The notes under the pieces are model-generated. The model did no database searches. It saw nothing but the letters and a program-made list of their open reading frames with translations, and was not told the origin of the DNA. This document shows positions 31,699 to 41,848 of a stretch of DNA of 64,000 nucleotides, in pieces; the stretch's first letter is position 1; every line of letters starts with the position of its first letter. The stretch is from a virus (Duplodnaviria; Caudoviricetes). The position numbers were made by a program, and so were the translations under genes. The DNA lies in the IMG/VR virus record IMGVR_UViG_3300032328_000860, positions 128,001-192,000 of that record, one strand, 5' to 3'.

Positions 31699-32232
31699 AT
31701 GATTACTAAAAGAAACGAAATTGGCAAATTGATGACGCAGCACGGGTATAAATATGCCGCAGAAGTCGGTGTTCAGAATGGTATTTTTTCTAAACACATA
31801 TTAGAAACATGGGATGGTCATTTAACTTTAATAGATGCTTGGCAAAAGCTAGATAATTATATTGATATAGCGAATACTGATAATTTTTATCAAGAAATAG
31901 CATATTCTAATACAATAAAAAACACATCAAAGTTTTCTGATAGAGTAAAAATAGTAAAAGGAATCTCTCCAGAAATATCTAGTATATTTTCTGATTATTC
32001 TTTTGATTTAATATATTTAGATGCTAATCATTCATATTCTGCTGTTATTTCTGATATTAAGTTTTGGATACAAAAAATTAAAACCAATGGATGTATTTGT
32101 GGGCACGACTACTTAGACGGTAATATACCACAAGGAAATTTTGGAGTCAAAAGTGCAGTAATAGATTTTTTTGGAAAGTCTCCGGATATTGTAACCAACG
32201 AAGATTGGCCTTCTTGGTTTATTTTCTTATAA
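31699..32232 (+). CDS. class I SAM-dependent methyltransferase (Methyltransf_24-like)
   Basis: AEVGVQNG, DLIYLDANHSY, GHDY. Confidence 0.85.
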   Translation: MITKRNEIGKLMTQHGYKYAAEVGVQNGIFSKHILETWDGHLTLIDAWQKLDNYIDIANTDNFYQEIAYSNTIKNTSKFSDRVKIVKGISPEISSIFSDYSFDLIYLDANHSYSAVISDIKFWIQKIKTNGCICGHDYLDGNIPQGNFGVKSAVIDFFGKSPDIVTNEDWPSWFIFL

Positions 32233-32243
32233 GGAATAGTATA

Positions 32244-32897
32244 ATGCAAACAAAACTAGTATCTATAACTCCAGACGCAGAAAAACTGATGGCCTATTGT
32301 GCTAGGGTATCGAATCCAAAAGGACAAGACTCCGAAAACTATGCCAAACTTTTAAAATACTGCATAGATCATCAACATTGGTCTATATTTGAAATGGCAT
32401 TTCTAACTCTTGAGATCAATACCACAAGAGGAATTGCTGCTCAAATTTTACGTCATCGTAGTTTTACCTTTCAAGAATTTAGCCAAAGATATGCAGATAC
32501 CACACTATTATCAGAAGATATTCCTGTTTTTGAGTTAAGGCGTCAAGACAATAAGAATCGCCAAAATAGCATAAACGATATAGATGATAAAATTAAAGCT
32601 AAATGGAATATGAAGATTAGAGAACATTTCTCAAAGGCTAAAAGTCTTTACGACGGTATGATAGCAGATGGAATCGCTAAAGAATGTGCTAGATTTATTT
32701 TGCCTTTGGCTACTCCTACTAGACTATACATTAGTGGCAGTATCAGATCTTGGATACATTATATATCATTACGAGAAAAAACCGGAACCCAAAAAGAACA
32801 TCAAGATATTGCTAAAGAATGTAAAAGTATCTTTTGTGAACAGTTTCCTATTATAGCAGAATCTTTAGGTGGCTCAGATAAAGACTGGAATATATAG
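32244..32897 (+). CDS. thyX: flavin-dependent thymidylate synthase
   Basis: ARVS, HWSIFE, QILRHRSFTFQEFSQRY, R..LP, QKEH. Confidence 0.95.
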   Translation: MQTKLVSITPDAEKLMAYCARVSNPKGQDSENYAKLLKYCIDHQHWSIFEMAFLTLEINTTRGIAAQILRHRSFTFQEFSQRYADTTLLSEDIPVFELRRQDNKNRQNSINDIDDKIKAKWNMKIREHFSKAKSLYDGMIADGIAKECARFILPLATPTRLYISGSIRSWIHYISLREKTGTQKEHQDIAKECKSIFCEQFPIIAESLGGSDKDWNI

Positions 32898-33086
32898 CAT
32901 GAACAAGTATAATGTAACAGCACAAGTTTATAATAAATTTGACAACGACAAGCAAACTCTTCTAATGAATGATATTATATCAGCATCTTCTAATCAAGAT
33001 GCTATAAAAACTTTTCAAGAAATATATTCTGTCGATCATGAGATAGTTAAGATTTATTCGGTTGAAAATCTATAAAGGAAAATGGT

Positions 33087-33710
33087 ATGGATACTAAACT
33101 AACTTTTATTACCAAGGTAGTTAAAGAACTTCTTTATAATGGATTCTCAGTTTTTTTACACAATAAAGAATCCTTGAATGGTTATGGAGGATGGTTTGGT
33201 ACTGATACTGGAGAAGAAGAATTTGTGGTGGCTATGAAACATCATATGGGTTTTGAAATATTCATCCACGAATATTGTCATTTTTTACAATGGAAGTATA
33301 ATAGGGCTTTTTGGGATAGTTCAACAGAATATTACGACATATTATTTGATTGGATAGAGAACAAAGACATGATAGTTGCAGATGAGATTCTGGATAAAAG
33401 CCTACATACCATATTAGCCATAGAACACGATTGCGAAAGTCGTGTTTTAAAATTAGTGGAGCTTAATCCTATAGAAAACTTTGATAAGGATAAATATATT
33501 AGAGCTGTAAATTCTTATTTATGGAGTTATCATATTAATAAAGAATTAAGGAAAAGACCCAAAAATCCCATATATACGGAAAGACTTCTAGCAAGTATGC
33601 CTAACACATTCAATAAAGACATAAACTTTTATCTAGATAAGAATAATCTAACCCAAAGCATGAGAGAAGCTTTGTTGGTGGAATACGAAATAAATTCAAC
33701 TCAGGCTTGA
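33087..33710 (+). CDS. putative HExxH metallopeptidase-like protein
   Basis: IHEYCH plus downstream E.DCE. Confidence 0.5.
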   Translation: MDTKLTFITKVVKELLYNGFSVFLHNKESLNGYGGWFGTDTGEEEFVVAMKHHMGFEIFIHEYCHFLQWKYNRAFWDSSTEYYDILFDWIENKDMIVADEILDKSLHTILAIEHDCESRVLKLVELNPIENFDKDKYIRAVNSYLWSYHINKELRKRPKNPIYTERLLASMPNTFNKDINFYLDKNNLTQSMREALLVEYEINSTQA

Positions 33711-33753
33711 CTTTGATCCGATATAGAGTACAATGCTTGAATAAGGAGTTTTT

Positions 33754-34695
33754 ATGGGTAAATTGGGCCTCTGTTGCATTAGCCTACATCTAAAAGAACA
33801 AGGTTATAGCTTTAAAACTATGACTTATAAGCGATTTTCTAGTCTACCTAGAAATGAAGCTTTGGAAATTCTTGGTGATCGTATTCGTAATAATATGATC
33901 GTTACAAATGAGACTATTAAATATTGTGCAGAGAGTGGGTGGGTCTATAGGGTTTCTTCCGATCTTTTCCCTTTAATTACTTTTGATGAAGCAAATATCT
34001 CATTAGAAGATTTGCCTAATCATGATCTAATTCAAGACGAATTCGATAATATAGCACAAACTATTATAGATACAGGAGTGCGTGTCTCAGCTCATCCTTC
34101 TGAGTATAACAGTTTAGCTAGTTTATCTGAAAAGGTTGTAGAGAAAACAATCACAGAACTTAATTTTTATAGTAGTTTTTTTGATAGGATCGGACTCCCA
34201 GCAGATCATAGATCGCCAATGAATTTTCATATACATTCTAATAGCGGAACTAGAGAAGAAATATCTCACAGATTTTATAACAATTTCAAAAAATTAGATG
34301 AGAATTGTCAAAAACGTATCACAATAGAATGTGATGATAAAATTACTTGCTGGAGCGTTAAGCGACTAACTGATATTTTTCATCCTATCACACAAATACC
34401 TATCACATTCGATTATTTACATCATAAATGTCATCCAGATAATCTTTCGGAAAGAGAGGCTATTAATATGTGTTATGATACATGGCAGACTTTGCCGCAG
34501 TTTCATTACAGTGAATCTGCACCAGGAAATAATCCTAGAAAACACGCAGATTACGCTACTCAGCCTATCAATACCTATGGTTTAGAGTTTGATTTGGACT
34601 TTGAGATTAAACAAAAAGATTTGGCTATTGCTCATTATCAAGAACTTTATCCGACTTTCGGAAATTGTCGGCAGCCCACAATGGCTGCAAATTAG
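33754..34695 (+). CDS. uvsE: UV DNA damage endonuclease
   Basis: LGLCC, YRVSSDLFP, SAHP, IECDD, FDYLHH, HYSES, HAD, EIKQKD. Confidence 0.92.
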   Translation: MGKLGLCCISLHLKEQGYSFKTMTYKRFSSLPRNEALEILGDRIRNNMIVTNETIKYCAESGWVYRVSSDLFPLITFDEANISLEDLPNHDLIQDEFDNIAQTIIDTGVRVSAHPSEYNSLASLSEKVVEKTITELNFYSSFFDRIGLPADHRSPMNFHIHSNSGTREEISHRFYNNFKKLDENCQKRITIECDDKITCWSVKRLTDIFHPITQIPITFDYLHHKCHPDNLSEREAINMCYDTWQTLPQFHYSESAPGNNPRKHADYATQPINTYGLEFDLDFEIKQKDLAIAHYQELYPTFGNCRQPTMAAN

Positions 34696-35266
34696 AATAA
34701 TGAAAACATATCTTCTGTTGTTCTGGATCAGTCATATCAAAACTAGAACAAGGAATAATATGGTCTATATGCCATCCATAAAACCCATAGTTTTCCCAAT
34801 TCATACCATCAGTAAATTGCTTTTGTAAATGTATTCTTAATTCAGTGCTAGTACATCCAATCATCTCTGTAGTTAATAAATATTTTTTGCGACTTTTAAG
34901 TATACTTCTCACTCTTTTTCTTAAATTCATAGTGATTCTAAAATCTAAATCGTTCTTATATCTATTTTGCCAATATTGTTTGACTTTAGGATAATTGGCA
35001 TAATAATATTGATTACTTCTCACTTTAATTTTATCTTTGTGTTGTTCATATCTCTGTTTATCATATTCTGATTTTTTGAGTTTATTGTTTTTACGATTTT
35101 TTGCATACCTTTTTTTATTTTTAGAATAGTATTTATGTAAATAATTATTCAAACATTTTTTGCACTTAGCAGTTAGTCCATACTTACCCAATTTCGCTTT
35201 ATTAAAATATTCATTAGTTGCCGGAAATGCTTCTTGACAGACCGTACAAACTTTGGTATAATCCAT
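34625..35266 (-). CDS. HNH-type homing endonuclease
   Basis: WHIDHIIPC..CFHYSNLQPLWAADN; N-terminal CxxC. Confidence 0.9.
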   Translation of the reverse strand: MDYTKVCTVCQEAFPATNEYFNKAKLGKYGLTAKCKKCLNNYLHKYYSKNKKRYAKNRKNNKLKKSEYDKQRYEQHKDKIKVRSNQYYYANYPKVKQYWQNRYKNDLDFRITMNLRKRVRSILKSRKKYLLTTEMIGCTSTELRIHLQKQFTDGMNWENYGFYGWHIDHIIPCSSFDMTDPEQQKICFHYSNLQPLWAADNFRKSDKVLDNEQ

Positions 35267-35737
35267 GATAAGTTCCAATAAAAAACGCCCAAGCAACAGT
35301 TGGTACGAGCAACCATCACAAGAGCGTTTGTATTATATTAATGTAAAAAGTATCTCGTACATACTTCATATTTTTATACACCAAAACTCGATAACCTGCC
35401 CCTATATCGTCGCAAACCTAATATAATAAAGAGAAACATTCTTGTTAAGGAGAGACTCATGAGCGGATGGCTAATAGCACTAACTGGTTGTATTTATAGT
35501 TATGTTAGTATAGAACAATTCTGTAAGGGAAATTATGGACTTGGCATAGCATATGCAGGATATTCGTTTGCAAATTGTGGATTATATCTTTTAGCAACTA
35601 AATAGGGTGAATTATGGATGAATTAAGAAATAGACCAGAACCCAAAAAAATAAAGATGCCTCCTCTGGTTGACCGATCTAAGATGTATGATACAATCGGT
35701 TGGCACGACATTGATGACCTTTGGATTAAAGAAAAGC

Positions 35738-36196
35738 ATGAAGATAATAACGAAAACAATTCGCAAGGCTTACCAGAACTGGAATCCTTGTAAAAGCGTT
35801 AGATGTTATCACTACACAGGATGTTTTGATGGCACTAAGCTTATAGCGTTCACTCAAAATAATCCTATTAAAACCCACGCCGGTGCTTATCGAATAGGTG
35901 AAGATTTTAATCTTCCTAAATATAAGGAATATCCATATTACCACTCTGAATCTCATCTTGTTTCTCAACTTTTGGATCGCTACAATACCATTGATCCTAA
36001 TTGGTCGATTGTTGTTATGCGAATTAATCGAAAGGGATTGATTCTTGGCAGCAAACCTTGTGAAAATTGTAGTAAATTGCTTAGTGCTGTTGGTTTGAAC
36101 GACATTTATTATAGCACTGATGATGGAAATTTTAGCGACAGTTTTGGAAATTTTATTACAGTAGAAGGGTTGACAATGTCGATGGCTAGGGTATAA
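35738..36196 (+). CDS. cytidine/dCMP deaminase-like Zn protein
   Basis: HSE and KPCENC zinc motifs. Confidence 0.8.
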   Translation: MKIITKTIRKAYQNWNPCKSVRCYHYTGCFDGTKLIAFTQNNPIKTHAGAYRIGEDFNLPKYKEYPYYHSESHLVSQLLDRYNTIDPNWSIVVMRINRKGLILGSKPCENCSKLLSAVGLNDIYYSTDDGNFSDSFGNFITVEGLTMSMARV

Positions 36197-36373
36197 TCTT
36201 AGAACAAAAGAGGTTGAATATGCTATTGTCTTTAAGTGACAATGAAACCGATACGTTAAAGTGGGTGCTATATATTGCAAAATTAGAAGCGAACAAAAGT
36301 TTTCCTAAGTCGGGTTTGTTAGCCAATGTTGAAAACATTATACTCAAAGTAAAGAAACAAACAGGAGAGTAAT

Positions 36374-36592
36374 ATGAACTGCATCTACTGTAAAAATTGT
36401 GTTGGAATTGATCGGTATGAGTTTCTTGTTGAAACTGGTCGTAGAATAGTCTGTAAAGAATGTAGCGTAGAAAATAGAGCGGTGGGGTACAATGATTTTT
36501 CTCATAAAACAGCCCCACAACTTGTAATGGTTCCATCAAACGCTACTGAAACTATTCGTAAACTTGATAGAGCAAACCGGAGAGCAAGATGA
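36374..36592 (+). CDS. DksA/TraR-like C4 zinc-finger protein
   Basis: CxxC..I.RYEFL......CKEC spacing. Confidence 0.55.
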   Translation: MNCIYCKNCVGIDRYEFLVETGRRIVCKECSVENRAVGYNDFSHKTAPQLVMVPSNATETIRKLDRANRRAR

Positions 36593-37158
36593 ATAAAATG
36601 ACTTGGCTAGACTTGTACAATTTTCTAAACGAAAGAGCCAACAATATTAATGCTGTTGGGACTTTTGATTGGAATAGACCAGTATTAGTACATGATGCTG
36701 CTACTGGTGACGAGTTTTCATGTGATACTTATTATGTAAGCGATGATCGCGGAGAGGATCGTCTGGTATTAATTACTAATATTGAAAAAATTTTTGAGGA
36801 GAATTCTTAATGGATATGGAAATCGAAAGTCTTTTGTTTAAGCAAGTTGAAAAACCAAAACAATTTTTAATGACAAAAATAATTAATATATTCGATAATA
36901 GATATCGTATTAACGTATATATAGAAATTTTTGAAGATAATTTGATTAAAAAGCGTATCCACAGCAGTTATTTCTGTCATTATAAGCCTGGATCATTAGT
37001 TATTATCTCTGATACAGACGGGGAAAAGGATGTTAAATCTGTTAGGTCTTGGTGATCTGATGCTTCTGAGAAAATTCTTAAAGAGTCTGTCTTGACAAAG
37101 CCGATAGTTCTGGTATACTTAGAGCATACTTACTACTAAACTACGGAGACTGCTGATT

Positions 37159-37566
37159 ATGGCTAAAGGACAAAAAACTTGTGAAAAATGCGGAACAATG
37201 ACTGGCCCAAGAGCATATATGTGCAAGAATTGTAATACTCCTTTTATTTTCAAGGCAAAAAGTAAGGAAGCAAAAAACACAAAAATTATTAAGAATGTTA
37301 ATTGGCGTGAGTTGATTAAGGGTGATAGAATTAGAGTTGCTGGTGGCCCATATTTTGTGAGTAAGGGTGAATTTATTCCTATGGGTTATAGGGGTCGTTT
37401 TGTTGTGGAAGGTGTTGACGAGCATGGTATTAGGGCTTTTGGCCTTGATAAGCACCAAGGATTCTGTCATATCTATATGGCTGGAGATATTCAAAATCCA
37501 GAAACTAAGGTATGGAAAACAGCACATAAACTTATTAAACTCAAGCAAAAAGAATTGGTACAATGA
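37159..37566 (+). CDS. Zn-ribbon hypothetical protein
   Basis: CEKCG..CKNC; promoter 37092-37119. Confidence 0.6.
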   Translation: MAKGQKTCEKCGTMTGPRAYMCKNCNTPFIFKAKSKEAKNTKIIKNVNWRELIKGDRIRVAGGPYFVSKGEFIPMGYRGRFVVEGVDEHGIRAFGLDKHQGFCHIYMAGDIQNPETKVWKTAHKLIKLKQKELVQ

Positions 37567-37862
37567 CTTTTACACAAGAACAAAAACATCAGCTTAATCG
37601 CTTAATGGATCATCGTGATGAGATAATCAAGTCTTTGTTTCATATTGAACGTATTCTAAAACATTATTTTCCAGAAGAATTTGATGTTGCCTATCAACAC
37701 TGGATTCCTCAAATCAGTACCGCTCTTTATGAGGATAAAAAGTGGCTGCCTAGAGGTCAGCAAACCATGCAGCATTGTCTAAATCGGCTATTTGATAAGT
37801 TAAAAGAAGAACAAGACGAAAAGGGTGTATATAAATACGTAGTTTAAACAAGGATTTATGTT

Positions 37863-38252
37863 ATGTCTAAAATTTATGCTATTGTTGATGTACCCGGTTA
37901 TGTTTCTCAGATGAGAGAAGCTGCTGCTAAGAGTTTATCTGAAAATTATTCTGATAATTTAGACGATTACATTAGTATTGGTCAGATGGTCGTGCTTCTT
38001 AAAGAGGAGTGTCTTGGTTTTGATGATAACAACAGACCACTATTGAACGAGGATACTAATTCAGAAATTTTTGATCAAACTGCTACTTGGATATATAATG
38101 TCGGCCTTGCCAAATTAGCCTCTCAAGACCTAATAGAATGTGCTTGGGATAATACTACTAATGCAATGGTATTTTGGTTTAAACAAAAAACATCAGAAAC
38201 TAAGGCCAAAAATGAATACAAACGAAACAAAAATAAAAAATCTAAAGGATGA
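37863..38252 (+). CDS. hypothetical protein (paralog of 58589..59023)
   Basis: shared L..LA....IE.A.D...N..VFW C-terminus. Confidence 0.6.
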   Translation: MSKIYAIVDVPGYVSQMREAAAKSLSENYSDNLDDYISIGQMVVLLKEECLGFDDNNRPLLNEDTNSEIFDQTATWIYNVGLAKLASQDLIECAWDNTTNAMVFWFKQKTSETKAKNEYKRNKNKKSKG

Positions 38253-38647
38253 AATAAATCATCTAAAAGAATATTTACTATCTGATTGTTGCCGACAATG
38301 TTCGGAGATAGTTTCTAAAATTGAAGAATACGAAAAGAAAATAAAAAAACTCACAGACGAATATATTGGATAACCCAATTATTGTGAAAATAATGCCGTG
38401 GACGCTAGTGCTGCCATGATAAATAAAGGATTAGGAGTAAATAATGATAGATAGAATGAAATATTTTCCAACTAAAACATTTATGTTTATTATTTTAACT
38501 ATTTCTGTAGTGATCAATATTCATTTATACAACGAATTAAAGAGTGAACAAGGAAAAAGATACTGGATTAGCACCAGTGAATATAAGCAAATTGTGAATG
38601 AGATTGAGAGGTTGGAAAAATCTTCTTTGGGTGTACAATAGAGATAT

Positions 38648-38997
38648 GGGCTAGTAAAGGTATCGACAGGTAAAATAGGTATAGATCGCATCGACTGGTT
38701 AATCGACCGGCCAGTTTAAAAGTCGATTAAAATTGTTAATTGGCGAAAGAACTTTCGCTCTCGCTGCCTAATTAGTTAGGTACTGAGTGGGGCGGCATGA
38801 GCCTTATTACCCAATCATGCTGACTCCGATATTCGGATACGGTAGTCCTACCAGACATAAATAGGAATGATGATTGTACTCAATCTGACGCAGATAACTC
38901 TGATAGCTTTGTTGGTAGTGTGATAACAATCAACTAACGATGTAGAAGTTTATATTGATGTTTATTCTGGACGTGAGTTCGACTCTCACCTAGTCCA
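38648..38997 (+). ncRNA. ssrA: tmRNA; tag (A)GERTFALAA
   Basis: GGGCTAG/CTAGTCC-A acceptor with G3-U70; T-arm GTGAG-TTCGACT-CTCAC; tag ORF 38742-38771. Confidence 0.93.
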
Positions 38998-39018
38998 CTG
39001 AATTTAAAAGGATAGATT

Positions 39019-40263
39019 ATGAATCGTCGCCACTTCTTAAATCACTCTGCTGCAATTTCATCGTTGTCAGCATCTTCTTTATTCTTTACTGATTCTATCC
39101 TAGCAAATGCCAATGAGCTAAAAAAGAAGAATAAGAGTGCTATACTTTTGTGGATGAGCGGAGGCCCAAGCACTATTGATTTGTGGGATTTAAAGCCGGG
39201 TGCTGCTACTGGTGGAATTTTTAAGCCAATATCTACTAGTGCTGATGGAATTCAAATATGCGAACATCTGCCACTAATGGCACAACAAATGCACCACATG
39301 AATATTGTTCGCTCAATGAGTACCAGAGAAGCAGACCATACCAGAGGTCGCTACTATATGCACACAGGATATGTCCCTAATCCTAATATTGAACATCCTA
39401 GTTATGGATCAGTAATTTCTCATGAATTAATGTCCAGTATACCACAGATTGATATTCCTCCGTTTGTTAGTATTGGAGGAGCTAGTATTGGTGCTGGATT
39501 TTTAGGAACATCTTATTCTCCATTCGTAGTTAATTCTAATGGAACTGTTCGTGATCTTACTATGGATATAGATCAATCTAGATTAGATCAAAGACTTCGT
39601 ATGCTTAAAACTATTGAGGATAAATTTGTTAATGAAAAACGTGGAGATTATGCTTCTGACCACTCTAAGCTATTGACTAAAACAGTTAAGCTAATGACCA
39701 GTCTTCAGATGGATGTATTAAAAGTATCTAAAGAACCAAAAGAAGTTCAAGAAAGATATGGCAATACAGGATTTGGTAAAGGTTGTTTAATGGCACGAAG
39801 ATTAGTAGAGATGGGTATTCCATTTATTGAGGTTGATCTTGGTGGCTGGGATAATCATACTGATATTTTTAAGACTCTACAAGATCAAAAGTTGCCAGAA
39901 TTAGATAAAGCTATGAGTGCTTTGATTAGTGATCTAAATGATAGAGGTCTACTACAAGATACTGCTATTATTTGTATGGGAGAATTTGGACGAACCCCAA
40001 ATATCAATAGTAATGGTGGACGAGATCATTGGGCTAAAAGTTGGAGTGTTGTTGTTGGTGGAGCAGGATTTAATGGTGGCACAATTATCGGAGAAACCAG
40101 TAATGATGGTAAGGAAGTAATTACTGAACCATATACGTCACAGGACTTGATGGCGAGTGTTCTTAAATCACTAGGAATCTCATTAGAAACAAACTTTACT
40201 GCCAAAAATGGACGACCAATGAGAATTGCTAATAGTGGCAAACTTATTAAAGAACTATTTTAA
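39019..40263 (+). CDS. DUF1501-family protein with Tat signal
   Basis: MNRRHFL; WMSGGPSTIDLWDLKP; CLMARRLVE.G; WDNH; GEFGRTP; GRDHW. Confidence 0.92.
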   Translation: MNRRHFLNHSAAISSLSASSLFFTDSILANANELKKKNKSAILLWMSGGPSTIDLWDLKPGAATGGIFKPISTSADGIQICEHLPLMAQQMHHMNIVRSMSTREADHTRGRYYMHTGYVPNPNIEHPSYGSVISHELMSSIPQIDIPPFVSIGGASIGAGFLGTSYSPFVVNSNGTVRDLTMDIDQSRLDQRLRMLKTIEDKFVNEKRGDYASDHSKLLTKTVKLMTSLQMDVLKVSKEPKEVQERYGNTGFGKGCLMARRLVEMGIPFIEVDLGGWDNHTDIFKTLQDQKLPELDKAMSALISDLNDRGLLQDTAIICMGEFGRTPNINSNGGRDHWAKSWSVVVGGAGFNGGTIIGETSNDGKEVITEPYTSQDLMASVLKSLGISLETNFTAKNGRPMRIANSGKLIKELF

Positions 40264-40655
40264 TGTCTAGAAAAATTTGTACTTATTGTGAAAAACGTAA
40301 AAACTTAGCAAGTTTTCCCAAGCATAGTATGTACAAAGATAATCTTGATAGCAGATGTAGAAAATGTGTCAAGAAACACTCCAAGATTAGAAGCAAGCTA
40401 CATAAAAAAGCACCACCAAAACCAGAAGTTTGTGAGTGTTGTGGAAAAATTCCATTTAAATGGTGTTTGGATCATGACCATAGTGATGATAGCTTTAGGG
40501 GATGGTTGTGTAGCAAATGTAATGAGGGTCTTGGTAAATTAGGAGATAATTTAGACGGTGTAATTAAAGCTGTTAACTATTTAATAATGACTAAAAATAG
40601 GAATCAGCAAAATGAATCTTTACAACAAATGGATTCAACACCTAAAAGAAAATAA
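40263..40655 (+). CDS. endonuclease VII-like protein
   Basis: CECCG..LDHDH..RGWLC..CN.GLG. Confidence 0.85.
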   Translation: MSRKICTYCEKRKNLASFPKHSMYKDNLDSRCRKCVKKHSKIRSKLHKKAPPKPEVCECCGKIPFKWCLDHDHSDDSFRGWLCSKCNEGLGKLGDNLDGVIKAVNYLIMTKNRNQQNESLQQMDSTPKRK

Positions 40656-40815
40656 TATGACATATTTTGAACATTTAATTTTTGCATTTTTTTATGGGTG
40701 GTCTTGTTTACTTGCGGGATTTTTTTTGATTATTCATGCTTTTTTACCTTGTTTTTTTCCAACAGCAGGAAGTGATTTGGTAACTAAACTTAATAAAATA
40801 TTTAATAAATTCTAA
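40612..40815 (+). CDS. small membrane protein (DUF6356-like)
   Basis: HL....TY.EH..FA ... HA..P pattern. Confidence 0.55.
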   Translation: MNLYNKWIQHLKENNMTYFEHLIFAFFYGWSCLLAGFFLIIHAFLPCFFPTAGSDLVTKLNKIFNKF

Positions 40816-40824
40816 GGATTTATT

Positions 40825-41370
40825 TTGTCTAGACATTCTTCTTTACCATTTCATTTTTACGCTAAAGTAAATAATAAATATTTGGGAAGTAATATGCCCA
40901 GAGGTTATACTAGTTGTATTTGGCATGGAGTATTTGGTAGACTAAACCAGATTCTCTCTTGTCATATTCTATTAGAAAGCGGAGCAAACTGGAGTGGACT
41001 TCCTATTAATGCTCTTTCATCATCTGGTGATTTTTCTTATCTTCCAGAAGAATTAATGCCATGGTCAACAATGGGAGAAAATATAGAAACTATTCATATG
41101 AAATATTTAGAAGGTATGAAGTGTGTTACAAGACAGGTTATTAAAAATTGTGAGGCTAGACATACTGGAGTAGTAATTGATTGGACAGATGGTTTTAGTA
41201 GGTATCCACAAGAGCATAAACCTTTAAATCTAATAGAATTGAATAATGGACAATTTGCACTGTACCCTAATAATTATTTAGAGTTTGAGGACAAACACTT
41301 TGTGCTAGAATCAGCTAAAGAAAATTTAAGATTTTACAAAAGAGAAGAAAATGTATACTGGGGAAATTAA
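40825..41370 (+). CDS. conserved hypothetical phage protein
   Basis: GA.W..LPI.A, EHK...IEL.NGQFALYPNN. Confidence 0.6.
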   Translation: MSRHSSLPFHFYAKVNNKYLGSNMPRGYTSCIWHGVFGRLNQILSCHILLESGANWSGLPINALSSSGDFSYLPEELMPWSTMGENIETIHMKYLEGMKCVTRQVIKNCEARHTGVVIDWTDGFSRYPQEHKPLNLIELNNGQFALYPNNYLEFEDKHFVLESAKENLRFYKREENVYWGN

Positions 41371-41757
41371 ATGCTTACAATAAAAACCAAACTAGATAAA
41401 AGTTCTATAGCAGGCATAGGTTTATTTGCAGATCAAGATATATTAAAGGGTGAAGTTGTATGGAAAATGAATAGTCTTTCAGTATTAAAAATTACTCCAA
41501 ATGAGTATAATAATTTATCTCGAACAGAAAAAGACTTTATACAAGAAAAGGACTATTTCTGGGCAGATGAAGATGGTAACTATATGATTCCGATTGATGA
41601 TAGTAGATTTATTAATCATTCTTGCAATCCTAATATTATTGATTTAGATGACAATACTTGCGTGGCATCTAAAGATATTAAGAGAGAAGAAGAACTAACT
41701 ATAGACTATAAAACATTGGTTCCAAAAGAACAGTGGCAAAACTATTATCACGCATGA
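41371..41757 (+). CDS. SET-domain methyltransferase
   Basis: GIGLFA..DI.KG; RFINHSCNPN; EELTIDY. Confidence 0.92.
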   Translation: MLTIKTKLDKSSIAGIGLFADQDILKGEVVWKMNSLSVLKITPNEYNNLSRTEKDFIQEKDYFWADEDGNYMIPIDDSRFINHSCNPNIIDLDDNTCVASKDIKREEELTIDYKTLVPKEQWQNYYHA

Positions 41758-41848
41758 GACAAGTATTCAAGAAACGATACAGCATTGACGATACTTGACA
41801 TAGGACTTAGCGTATGGTATACTACGCTAAACACAGGAGACTATTTAG

